Positions 11,436 to 22,000 are shown, counted from the stretch's first letter. The stretch: DNA of 32,908 nucleotides from Octopus bimaculoides (GCF_001194135.2 NC_068981.1:28118014-28150921); one strand, 5' to 3'. Made by a program: numbers and translations. Notes: generated from the letters alone by a model not told the origin.

Positions 11436-12710
11436 TGCACGATCCAAGGGGTTTTCTCACCATGGCTAGATAATAACAACCCCGCCATCATCACCATGTC
11501 AACTAACATCACGGTACTACCACCACCACTTCCACCTCCGCTGCCGCCACCAACAACACGACTGCTTATTCCGGACCCCCTTCTCTCCTTTCCAGCTCCT
11601 AAAAATCATGCCTGAAGGGTATGAGATAGAAGTGTTGATAAGAGATAAAAATAAAAAAGAGAAAGTGGTTGGTGATGGTAGATAAGGCCTGGTAATGGTG
11701 ATTGAGCTTTTCNNNNNNNNNNNNNNNNNNNNNNNNNNNNNNNNNNNNNNNNNNNNNNNNNNNNNNNNNNNNNNNNNNNNNNNNNNNNNNNNNNNNNNNN
11801 NNNNNNNNNNNNNNNNNNNNNNNNNNNNNNNNNNNNNNNNNNNNNNNNNNNNNNNNNNNNNNNNNNNNNNNNNNNNNNNNNNNNNNNNNNNNNNNNNNNN
11901 NNNNNNNNNNNNNNNNNNNNNNNNNNNNNNNNNNNNNNNNNNNNNNNNNNNNNNNGTCGTGGTTATGGTGGTTGTGGTCGTGCTGGTGGTGGTGGTGGTG
12001 GTGGTGGTGGTGACGGCGGCGGCGGCGGCGGCGGCGGTGACGGTAGTGGTGGTAGGAGCGGCGTCGGCGGTGGTTTTGGTATAGGGGGTGGTTGTGGTTA
12101 TGTAGTAGTAGTAGTAGCAATGGGGATAGTGGAGATGCTTGATGTGGTAGGTGATAGTAGTCCAATGGTGGTATAAGTGGTGGTGGTGGTGGTGGTTGTG
12201 GTGGTGGTTATAGCGACGATTATGATGAAGATGAAGGCAATAAAAGTTATGGATGTTGTATTGGTGGTGTTGGTAGTGAAGGTGGTAAGGATGGTTGGTG
12301 TTGGTGTTGGTGTTGGTGTTGGTGGTAGTAGTGGTGGTGTTAGAGATGGCCATGGTTGTGGTGGTAGTGGTTGTTCTTTTCCTAGTCGTCGTCGTAGTGA
12401 GGGGGTAAAGCGAAGTTCACCATTACCACTACTACGAAAACACTGCAAGTCACAACTCCTTCTGTCCCTGAAAGAGGCGATCCACCCACCACTGCTACGA
12501 CACCCCAACCATGAACACCACCTCCTTCCCCACTGTCCCTAGCCACTTCACCACATCCACCACTGTTATCAGCAGCAGCTCCCAACCCTTACCCCTACCC
12601 CCACCCCACATACCCACCACCAACTCCACCTTTAGATCAGTCCGATAACATCCGCGTCAGCGACTGCTGACACTGACCCCTGTGGTCAGAAGCACCACTA
12701 CCACTACTAC
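11310..12710. repeat. Large compound trinucleotide low-complexity region: (CAC/CTA), gap, (GGT/GGC/GTA), then (CAC/CCA)
   Basis: Direct reading. Includes the N gap 11713-11955. Confidence 0.9.
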
Positions 12711-12737
12711 GGGTTTCGAAGCAATAAGAGGCCTGCC

Positions 12738-13194
12738 AGCTACATTGTTGACCTATATGCTAGAAATAGCAGCCGACTGTCATTATACCTTTTTTTTTAA
12801 GAATATTCCATATTGGATATTATAGTCCGAAATGTACCAAACCTGAGAAAGAGACGGAATGGACAACGGATGGAATAATCTTTGATCATGGGATACCGCG
12901 TTTCCTGATCAGGATCCACTTGGGGTTAAAGAGCAACAAGAATCTTCTCGAAATAGCTACGACGAATCTCCTTCCTCAAATGATATCTCCTTCTGAAAAG
13001 CGGACACGTTTTATGTGTTTCTAGAGACATGTGGGTCTGAAAAAAATAACAAATGAGATGAGATGTTCACGGCTGGAATGCCTTTGAACATATATATATA
13101 TATATATATCTGCTCAATCAGACTTGACCTGGGTTAAATACCCTCCTCATCCTCTTCATCATCTTCATCGTCTTCATCGTCATCATCATCATCG

Positions 13195-13262
<68 letters not shown>

Positions 13263-13349
13263 GTCGTCTTCATCGTCTTCATCATCTTCATCGTCTTCAT
13301 CATCATCATCATCACCATCATCATCAACATCATCATAATCATCATCATC

Positions 13350-13439
<90 letters not shown>

Positions 13440-13600
13440 ACCAAGAATAACAAGAACAACCCTTTTAATGCCACGGCAATAAACCAAATCAGCTTCGTTG
13501 ACATAGTAAGAGGACAGGATGGTCGTGTACAAGATTACCTTTGATCATAAGTCAGCATAATCAAGGTTGATCTGGGCTAAATGGTAACAACGACAACAAC
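12738..13600 (+). mobile_element. Cluster of family E repeat pieces: body CTAGAAATAGCAGCC and three tail copies (about 12870-12950, 13062-13138, 13515-13600)
   Basis: A CCTTTGATCATA...GATCAGG...CTGGG.TAAA tail recurs three times, each followed by CAA/CAT-type repeats. Antisense homologues occur at about 7425-7480 and 25415-25600. Confidence 0.6.
13141..13440. repeat. Compound microsatellite (CAT/CGT/CTT)n-(CAA)n-(CTA)n
   Basis: Direct reading. Explains the poly-H/Q/L and poly-D/V ORFs. Confidence 0.97.
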
Positions 13601-13749
13601 AACACGAAATATACCAAAACAACAACAACACAAAGTATGCTACCGTTAACATTATCGTGGTTTCCACATAGACACCTCTATCCCGATTATCGCCATTTCT
13701 ACTGCGTTCTAGAGAACATACTGTTATGGTAATATTGTGTACCAGAAGG

Positions 13750-13806
13750 GCGGCGGCGAGCTGGCAAAAATCGTTAGCACGCCGGGGCGAAATGCTTAGC
13801 GGTATT
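13750..13806 (+). mobile_element. SINE family B, head fragment
   Basis: GGCGGCGAGCTGGCAAAAATCGTTAGCACGCCGGGGCGAAATGCTTAGCGGTATT matches the antisense copy at 27660-27721. Confidence 0.8.
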
Positions 13807-13983
13807 GGATCTGGTCTTTCTTATTCGCCAAATGACTCCGCCTTGATTTTGCTCAGATTGCTTTCAATGTTGGTGTATCGATGCAACTCTGAATTTTGAT
13901 TGCGATCAGCCAATTACTATATCTCGTAAATTAAAGAATTTTGATGTTATTTGGAATTAAAGTTGGGAAATTTGGGTAATTTT

Positions 13984-14033
13984 TAGCCAATCAACAGACA
14001 GCGTGGTATTAGCAGCTGGTTACCATGACAACC
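13984..14033. promoter_or_regulatory. Candidate promoter module: CCAAT (NF-Y) box plus RFX X-box
   Basis: AGCCAATCA at 13985-13993 and GTTACCATGACAAC at 14019-14032, which fits the X-box consensus GTHNYYATRRNAAC. A second AGCCAAT lies at 13908. The sequence looks non-repetitive. Motif evidence only. Confidence 0.4.
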
Positions 14034-14166
14034 GCACGCTGTGTTGTGGTTCACTGTTGTCTGTGCCGCACACTGTTCTATGTTGATTTTTCGCACTTGA
14101 TTCTTCACGCCACGAGATTCGTTTTGTTTTAATTTTCCTGTGTTAGTATATTACTCTTTTTTTTTC

Positions 14167-14950
14167 ACTCTTTTACTTGTTTCAGTCATTTGATGCGGCC
14201 ATGCTGGAGCACCGCCTTTAGTCGAGAAAATCGACCCCAGGACTTATTATTTGTAAGCCTAGTACTTATTCTATCGGTCTCTTTTTGCCGAACCGCTAAG
14301 TTACGGGGACGTAAACACACCAGCATCGGTTGTCAAGCGATGGTGGGGGGGACAAACACAGATACGCAAACACATACATATNNNNNNNNNNNNNNNNNNN
14401 NNNNNNNNNNNNNNNNNNNNNNNNNNNNNNNNNNNNNNNNNNNNNNNNNNNNNNNNNNNNNNNNNNNNNNNNNNNNNNNNNNNNNNNNNNNNNNNNNNNN
14501 NNNNNNNNNNNNNNNNNNNNNNNNNNNNNNNNNNNNNNNNNNNNNNNNNNNNNNNNNNNNNNNNNNNNNNNNNNNNNNNNNNNNNNNNNNNNNNNNNNNN
14601 NNNNNNNNNNNNNNNNNNNNNNNNNNNNNNNNNNNNNNNNNNNNNNNNNNNNNNNNNNNNNNNNNNNNNNNNNNNNNNNNNNNNNNNNNNNNNNNNNNNN
14701 NNNNNNNNNNNNNNNNNNNNNNNNNNNNNNNNNNNNNNNNNNNNNNNNNNNNNNNNNNNNNNNNNNNNNNNNNNATATATATATATATATATACATATAT
14801 ACGACGAGCTTCGTTCAGTTTCCGTCTACCAAATCCATTCACAAGTCTTTGGTCGGCCCGAGGCTACATTAGAAGACACTTGCCCAAGGTGCCACGCGGT
14901 AGGACTGAACCCGGAACCATGTGGTTGGTAAGCAAGCCACTCCTGCGCCT
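14167..14950 (-). mobile_element. Near full-length young SINE family A (tRNA head, CORE-like segment, internal microsatellite/gap, CR1-like tail)
   Basis: Minus strand head GGCGCAGGAGTGGC...GGTTCCGGGTTCAGTCC, then GGCACCTTGGGCAAGTG (resembles the MIR CORE motif ACCTTGGGCAAGT), then tail GGCGGTGCTCCAGCATGGCCGC...TGAAACAAGTAAAAGAGT. N gap at 14382-14774. Confidence 0.92.
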
Positions 14951-15164
14951 TTTTTATGTGCTTCTGTGTGTTAGTATTTTTCTGTGCTTTTTCTGGGTGT
15001 TAGTATTTTCACATATTTTTCATTTCTTATATTTTGGGGACTCATTGACTCAGATAGCTGGATTTATGATTTCACTGGGTTAATTCTATTCATAAAAACT
15101 TATATTAGGAGTATTTCTTAAACGGTTAGCTTCACATTTCAACAGCATAACCGAAATTTAGCCC

Positions 15165-15545
15165 ACGTACCAGAACTGAGAGGGATATCATGGAACAGAG
15201 AAACTGTTGGTGATACAGATAGGGATGTCACAGTTAGCGACTCCTTTGCTTCTTCTCAAATCGTGGATGCTGCGGTCAGGGCGAGATCCACAGTTTCTGT
15301 GGCCGAGAGGAACAAAATCCAGAAATACCGCGATCTGTCGGTCAACTACATTTTCCATCCTGTGGCGTTCGAGACGTTTGGTAGGTTTCGGACCACTGAC
15401 TGCGAGATTCCTGTCTTCACAGGCAACTCACTTTACAGAGGTAACTGGCGAGGCTCGTGAGGGCGCTTGGCTGTTCCATCGCATCAACCTCACCATCACC
15501 TGCGGCAACGCTGCAAGCGTGCTGGCGTGTCTCAATAGCCATTAG
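15165..15545 (+). mobile_element. CRE-clade non-LTR retrotransposon 3' end (restriction-like endonuclease domain), frameshifted
   Basis: Translates to DVTVSDSFASSQIVDAAVRARSTVSVAERNKIQKYRDLSVNYIFHPVAFETFG and, after a frameshift, EVTGEAREGAWLFHRINLTITCGNAASVL. This matches the CRE-type C-terminus (DxT..AE..K..KY..F.PVAFETFG..QRISL...GNAASVL). Confidence 0.85.
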
Positions 15546-16197
15546 AAAGGTTTCCCAGCGTTCCCAACTCTTCAACTCAAGGTGGTGAATTGTTTTGTCT
15601 TTGTTTTTTTTCTTTTTTCTCTTTTTCTTTCTCTCCTTTTTGTTCTTTTTTTTTCTTTTTAATTTCTTTTTAATTTCTTTTAATTTCTTTTTAATTTATT
15701 CTCTGTTTGTTCAGTTTTCTTGTTTGATTTTGCCTGTGAAGGCAATAAGAAAATTAACATTTTATAAACAATTTGTAAATAATTTGTAAGCAAATTTGAC
15801 ATTATTTTTGAATTCTGCATGCAAAAACATATAAGATACAGCTATTCTTTTACTTACGACAAATTCTTTGTTGGTCAGTGATATTCTTATCGTAGTTTAT
15901 AAATCCAAGCATGCAAACGTTTTGGAGACAGACGCCTCCTTTCCACACACACACACATGCACTTATATATTAATGATGTACATATATACATGGCAGGTAT
16001 ACATAATACTGAAGTACGCATAAAGTATACACATGCAGACAAATATATTAATAAAAAAAAAATTTTTTAATGATAAAAACATACAATCAATGAAGAGACA
16101 AAAGAAACAGTAAGATGGTACATGTTTATTTTATTAGGTAAATCTATTTTATTTAAAAACCTACAACGAACAGGTCAGACACTAAACTATAAATTTC

Positions 16198-16259
16198 ACA
16201 GGGTACAACCTTAAAGTTGTACAGGGTACAACCTTAACAGGGTACAACCTTAAAGTTGT
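16198..16259. repeat. Local triplication of ACAGGGTACAACCTTA(AAGTTGT)
   Basis: Units at 16198-16220, 16221-16236 and 16237-16259. Confidence 0.95.
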
Positions 16260-16450
16260 CTGCTAAACGCAGACAATTCCTGTCTTGCTATTGGCTAAAA
16301 AAAATCTGTAACTTTTTTCTCCAATTTTTTTCTCCACAAATCACACCTTCAAAGCAATGAGACTGGAAGGCTACAATATTATAGCCGATTTTCAAATTTG
16401 TTACTCTCTTTTAAAAAATGCATATTTTGAGAATGAAAAAAACTAGATCC

Positions 16451-16646
16451 GCAGTATTTCGTCTGTCTTTACGTACTGAGTTCAAATTCTGCCAAGGTCG
16501 ACTTTGTCTTTCATCCTTTTGGTGTCGAATAAATAAGTACCAGTTCCGCACTGGGATCGATGTAATCGGCTAAATCCCTTTTGTCTGTCCTTGTTTGTCC
16601 CGTCTATGTTTAGTCCCCCCACCCCGTGGGCAATAAAGAAATAAAT
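16451..16646 (+). mobile_element. SINE family B, 5'-truncated, with a variant tail
   Basis: GTATTTCGTCTGTCTTTACG..GAGTTCAAATT..GGTCGACTTTG.CTTTCATCCTTT..AAGTACCAG shared with 29158-29350. Ends GTGGGCAATAAAGAAATAAAT. Confidence 0.85.
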
Positions 16647-16914
16647 ACTCTGTACCAGAGGTACATTTCGAACAGAAGAGCTTTATTAGATTTTTGTCTA
16701 AAATAAATGGGCACAATCCATAAATCCATTGCTCCAGTTGTGCTATCTCAGGTCTCTAAACAAAATTTTTGTTACACAACGTGTGTATCTTTACTTTTTT
16801 ATTAGTGGGTGGAGGTATGATAAAAATACATGTTGTTAGAGTGTGTGATTGTATTACTTGAAGTTGAATATTATTTGTTAGATTTTAGAAGTATTATATA
16901 CATGGAGACCTCCA

Positions 16915-17335
16915 AGCGAACTGCTAATACCATGCAAAGCCTTCTCTTGCCAGTCAGATAACTTCTGGACTTTTTTCCGGTTTTTAACTCCGTTTGATTT
17001 TTTGGTTTCCCTATGTTTTGCTGTGACTTCAGCAGCTCTTAACAAATTTTATTCATTATTACCTACATAGGAATCTATATCTACTCTAGCTAATTCCACG
17101 CAGTCTTCCACTGATATTAGCTCTTTTCCACCTTCCTTTCTAAGTAAGTATAATCTTGCTACTCCTGCTCTCGAGTGGATTCCTCCATTCATATTGAATT
17201 CCTTCCTAGTACTTCCGTCTAGTTTTGCTAATTCAGTTTTTGTCCAGTCTACAAAAGCTGCTGTGTATCTAAGTAATGATATTTCCTAAGTATTTACAGT
17301 CTTCTAGATAACTTCAAGCCTGATAATAACTCAAA
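16915..17335 (-). mobile_element. R4/Dong-clade LINE ORF remnant (RT thumb region)
   Basis: Minus strand in-frame NT*EISLLRYTAAFVDWTKTELAKLDGSTRKEFNMNGGIHSRAGVARLYLLRKEGGKELISVEDCVEL...DWQEKALHG matches the R4/Dong motifs (INTWA..LRY..W...LD..TRK..H..RLYLPRKEGGRGL..W.EK.LHG). Confidence 0.88.
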
Positions 17336-17504
17336 TATTGTCGATATTATATGCAAACATCTTAGGGACTGCGTCCAACGCTCAGTCATCATCTGACTTA
17401 ATATGTTCACTTGATCTTCAAGAAACAACGCCCACACACTTTGAATCACATTGTACCATCTTAAATATGCATGGGCTATGCTAGATAAGTTATTTCGGCA
17501 TATG

Positions 17505-17893
17505 TTTTACCTTTTTATATTTTGGTTCAGTCATTGGACTGCGACCATGCTGAAGCAACGCCTCAAAAGGGTTTAGTTGAACAAGCTGTTCCCAGTAAAT
17601 ATTTTTAAAGTATGGTACATATTCTATCGGTCACTTTAACCGAACCGCAAATTACGGAGACCAAAAAAAAAAAAAAAATGTACACGGAAAAATCACACAC
17701 AAGATTTAGACATGCTCATCCCCCCCACCCATCGGTTATCCACCAAAACTCTTCACAATTCTGCGCCACTATATTTACCTGGTAGTTTTCCACACAGCCT
17801 CTGTCTACTAAATTCACTCACAAGACAGCTGCCGTAGACCCTATGCTGTTGGATTGAACACGAAACCAGATGGATTCAAAGCGAGCTGCGCCT
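17505..17893 (-). mobile_element. SINE family A, old antisense copy
   Basis: TTCAGTCATTGGACTGCGACCATGCTG tail, TATTCTATCGGTC body, TCTGTCTACTAAATTCACTCACAAG, and head end GCGCCT. Confidence 0.7.
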
Positions 17894-17910
17894 ATATATT
17901 TAAGAAGGAA

Positions 17911-18325
17911 GATAAGATGTTTGTTCCAGCCACGTGGTGACGGTTTCAGTCCCGTTGCGTGACACATTGGGAAAGTGTCTTCTATACTATAGCCTTGGAC
18001 CGAGCAAAGTTTTGAGAGTGATTTTGGTAGACGGAAACTGCAAGGAGCTCGTTGTATGTGTGTGTGTATATGTGAGTGTTTGTGTGTGTGCTTGTGTCTG
18101 TGTGTGTGAATGTGCTTGTCCCCCACACCCCGCTTGAAAACCGATGTCGATGTGTTTACGTCTCCGTAACTTAGCGAATCAGTAAATGAGATCGATAGAA
18201 TAAGTACCTGGCTTAAAATAAATTAAGTACTGGGGTCAATATTTTTCGACTTAAATTCTCCAAGGCGATACCCCAGCATGGCCGCAGTCTAATGACTGGA
18301 ACAAGTAAAAAGTAAAAGATAAAAG
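17911..18325 (+). mobile_element. SINE family A, sense copy with internal (GT)n
   Basis: TTCAGTCCC, TTGGGAAAGTGTCTTCT, GGTAGACGGAAACTG, (GT)n, GATAGAATAAGTAC, CCCCAGCATGGCCGCAGTCTAATGACTGGAACAAGTAAAA. Confidence 0.9.
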
Positions 18326-18859
18326 GTACGTCTACCCTATCATAACTGACCTTAGGCTAAATCACAACAACACACGCAATTTGCACCACCACTCACCCCA
18401 TCCACAACATGACAATACCCATCACCACCACCACCATCAACACTGCTAACAATAACGCCACCACCCACTAATCACCAAACACTGACATTTAGAGGTTCCG
18501 CTATCAGTAATGCTACCCACGCGACTACCTTTCCTCAATACAGCAACACAGGAAAAGGAACGACCCGTCTCACATAATACATACGCGCACGTATGCATAC
18601 ATGCACCTACACATACACAAGCTTGCACGCGCACGCACACACACACACGCACACACACACTTATACCTCCTACCCATCTACTTACATAAACAACTATTAA
18701 CCAGTTTCTAACAACAATGGAAGCAACCACACCCAGAAGTTGGGAAGGTGAGAAAGGTGTGGACAGCAACGCCAACTCAATAACAACAGCAACAACTACA
18801 AAAATGATTTGAACAATGAATGTCTGAATCTGTGTGTATGTGTGAGAAAAAGAAAGGGA

Positions 18860-18960
18860 GAATTTGAGAGAGAGAGGGAGAGAGAGAGAAAGAGAGAGAG
18901 TGAAAGAGAGAAAGTGGGGAGAGACAAGAAGTGAGAGCGTGAGTGTGGGAGAGATAGAAT
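18860..18960. repeat. (GA)n purine tract
   Basis: Direct reading. Confidence 0.85.
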
Positions 18961-19358
18961 GGGAGGTGGGCTATAGTATCAGTCGATCTTCAGTTGGTTT
19001 TTCAAAACGATGGTACTGAGCCGCAGACGTAACTCACGACAGAAATACAATGGATGGCAGGGCGAACCTTCGTGAACATCCGAATGATATGAAATACGAA
19101 CATGTGCCAAATAAAATGTGGGCCCAAAATGTAAATATATGAACGTATGTGCTTTATACAGGAACTGAAATGTATGTTTATAGACACATCTAGCCACCTT
19201 GGCAATAGCGCATTGTATGTGGTACAGATTCACTACACCGAAACTACTACCAACGCATTTGTAACCACACTTCACTTGTATTTCAGTGTTTGAAGAAGCA
19301 CACAATATATGTAGCAAGACATATTCTATACTGAGCTTCCACTTCGTCCATTTTACGG

Positions 19359-19390
<32 letters not shown>

Positions 19391-19463
19391 ACACACACAT
19401 GCACACACGCACACACACACACACACACGCACACAAGATCACACTTACACACACATATACATA

Positions 19464-19962
19464 TACTCTTTTACTCTTTTACTTGTTTCAGTCATTTNNN
19501 NNNNNNNNNNNNNNNNNNNNNNNNNNNNNNNNNNNNNNNNNNNNNNNNNNNNNNNNNNNNNNNNNNNNNNNNNNNNNNNNNNNNNNNNNNNNNNNNNNNN
19601 NNNNNNNNNNNNNNNNNNNNNNNNNNNNNNNNNNNNNNNNNNNNNNNNNNNNNNNNNNNNNNNNNNNNNNNNNNNNNNNNNNNNNNNNNNNNNNNNNNNN
19701 NNNNNNNNNNNNNNNNNNNNNNNNNNNNNNNNNNNNNNNNNNNNNNNNNNNNNNNNNNNNNNNNNNNNNNNNNNNNNNNNNNNNNNNNNNNNNNNNNNNN
19801 NNNNNNNNNNNNNNNNNNNNNNNNNNNNNACATATATATGACGGGCTTCAGTTTCCGTCTACAAAATCCACTCACAAGGCTTTGGTCGACCCGAGGCTAT
19901 AGTAGAAGACACTTGCCCAAGATGCCACGCAAACTACTTACCACACAGCCACTCCTGCGCCT
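19464..19962 (-). mobile_element. SINE family A spanning a gap; B-box segment deleted
   Basis: Tail CTCTTTTACTTGTTTCAGTCATTT lies before the gap (19498-19830). Head ...GCCCAAGATGCCACGC|AAACTACTTACCACACAGCCACTCCTGCGCC lies after it. Confidence 0.88.
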
Positions 19963-20397
19963 ATGTATATAAATATATTTAAAAGATTTTTGTTTTAGCA
20001 AAGACTGTGCTTTCGCCAATTCCAGGAGCTCGTCAGAGATTAACAATACTTTGAAGCTGTTGACGAAGCAAAAATATTTCTGACCATTTATATGCAGAAA
20101 CTAATTCGCGTTCCAAATAGTCGAAATTAAAAAGATATAAATAAGAAATGAGTTCTCCGGGATCGATGATGTCAAAGGATCAGTGAAAGAAAGGGAGTAA
20201 ATGAAGCACATTCGATAAAATATTATGGGAAAACAAACATACATAAGAACGACAGTCAGTCGTTGCGAAAACATCATACTACTTAAATATACATGTACAC
20301 TCAATAATTTGATAAAAAGAAGAAGAAGAAAGGAAATGAGCGATAAATAATTAGCTAATTAAAATAACTTAAGTAGTAATCTTTAAATCTTGAAATT

Positions 20398-20434
20398 GTT
20401 TTAGCTTCAAAGATGCGGCCATGCTGGGGCACGG
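20398..20434 (-). mobile_element. Isolated CR1/SINE-A-type 3' tail fragment
   Basis: Reverse complement is ACCGTGCCCCAGCATGGCCGCATCTTTGAAGCTAAAAC. Confidence 0.65.
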
Positions 20435-20620
20435 TAATGCATAATAATAATTTGCGAGATTGAATAAAAACATGACTAACTTCCTATCTTTTGACAGCGT
20501 TAAGGTACTAAGGATACATATGCAGTGACCTGGTTAAACATTCGCTTTGCATACAATCTTTCCCTCTCTCTCTCTCTCTCTCTCGCTCTCTCTTTATATA
20601 TATATATATATATATATATA

Positions 20621-20795
20621 TGGTCATTTGACTACGGCCATGCTGGAGCACCGACTTAAGGGGCTACCGCAGGACTTATTCTTTGTAAGTCTAGTACTTA
20701 TTCTATCGGTCTATTTTGCCGAACCACTACTTTACGGGGGACGTAAAGACACCAAGATCTGTTGTCAAACGATAGCGGGGACACAAACACAGCAC
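20621..20795 (-). mobile_element. SINE family A, 3' half, between (CT)/(TA) and (GT)n arrays
   Basis: GGCCATGCTGGAGCACCG...GTACTTATTCTATCGGTC...CGGGGACGTAAA, close to the copy at 14167. Confidence 0.88.
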
Positions 20796-20812
20796 ACGTG
20801 CGTGTGTGTTTG

Positions 20813-20859
<47 letters not shown>

Positions 20860-20873
20860 GTGTGTGTGTGTTT

Positions 20874-20932
<59 letters not shown>
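20795..20932. repeat. (GT)n microsatellite
   Basis: Direct reading. Confidence 0.95.
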
Positions 20933-20936
<4 letters not shown>

Positions 20937-21523
20937 GTAATACGAACAGGAAAGAATGAAGTCAAAACAAATATATTATTACCGGCAGAAATTACAAAGT
21001 GACTCAAAGTAGAAAAGTTTTGTGCAAAATTCATGAGAAGAATTACTCAATCCATGATACGTTGTATAAATATATTTATTCGTCTGATACCGTAAATCAC
21101 TTCTCCTAGTTCAACTGGGTAGTCGAGAATAACAGATCTGTAATGAAAACAAATTTAAAAAGTGACAAAATATAGAATTATCACAGATTTTATGGAAATG
21201 CGTACAATGAATTTTACTAAATGATGAATATAAATTCGAAAACAAATTCAAACGCATGCATCAAAGTGAACGATGATACAAAGCGCTGCAAAACTTTTAA
21301 GTGAAATGGATCAAACGGAACACTATAATCTATTTAAATCTCACCTGACATTAAAGACTCACACGAACAATTTTAACACCAGTGAAAGACATAGATGCTT
21401 CGACCAATTTAAAGGTGAATCGAGGACAGTTAGAATATGCACATTAGATTTTATAAAAGCCTAAGTAATATACCTAACTATCTTTATTGGAAGTGAAGAA
21501 TTTTTATAACCAAGTGGGTTAAT

Positions 21524-21663
21524 AATCTTTTCTAATCTCGGCACAAGGCCCGAAATTTTGGGGGAGGGTGCCAGTCGATTAAATCAACCCCAGTACGCAA
21601 CTGGTACTTAATTTATCGACCCCGAAAGGCGGAAAGACAAAGTCGATCTCGGCGGAATTTGAA
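21524..21663 (-). mobile_element. SINE family B, 3' half
   Basis: GGCACAAGGCCCGAAATTTTGGGGGAGG...CAGTCGATT...CTGGTACTTAATTTATCGACCCCGAAAGG is antisense to 29200-29350. Confidence 0.88.
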
Positions 21664-21761
21664 GTTGACAAATTTCCAAGTTGCAACGTTAAATCCAAAC
21701 ATAGGAGAACATTACCTCCATTGCAACCTCAACGACAAAGTAATATACATATCACCACTAG

Positions 21762-21968
21762 GCGCCAGGCCTAGCGGTTAGTCTGTTGCAATCACGACCT
21801 TGAGCAAAACACTTCATTTCACGTTGCAGCAGTCTTCTTTCGGATGAAGGATCAGTGTTGGTCTTGCTCGCCTAGCCAGCGGCGTGGCGTCATTTCATGG
21901 CTAAAACAATGCAAAGTGCATTGTGACCAACAACGTGTAACAGTATGTGGTAGTCTTGTCGGTCACGT
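21762..21968 (+). mobile_element. SINE family D, degraded, CORE-like, GGTCACGT tail
   Basis: GGCCTAGCGGTTAG (A-box-like), ACCTTGAGCAAAACACTTCATTTCAC (CORE-like), and tail GCATTGTGACC...GGTCACGT, which is re-duplicated at about 22003 inside (CA)n. Confidence 0.6.

Positions 21969-22000
<32 letters not shown>

Noticed and set aside
13134-13532. Poly-Asp/Val, poly-His/Gln and similar ORFs (also 2323-3330, 11241-12585)
   Set aside because: They are translations of trinucleotide microsatellites with no domain content or splice context.
14190-15083. Long ORFs spanning N runs (also 11517, 19286, and 30593 beyond 30884)
   Set aside because: Length comes from untranslatable gap bases.
18979-19452. 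157-aa minus-strand ORF in unique-looking sequence
   Set aside because: The start lies in (TG)n, there is no recognisable domain, and one ORF of this length is plausible by chance in 33 kb.
21273-21464. 63-aa ORF MIQSAAKLL...
   Set aside because: Short, with no recognised family or splice support.
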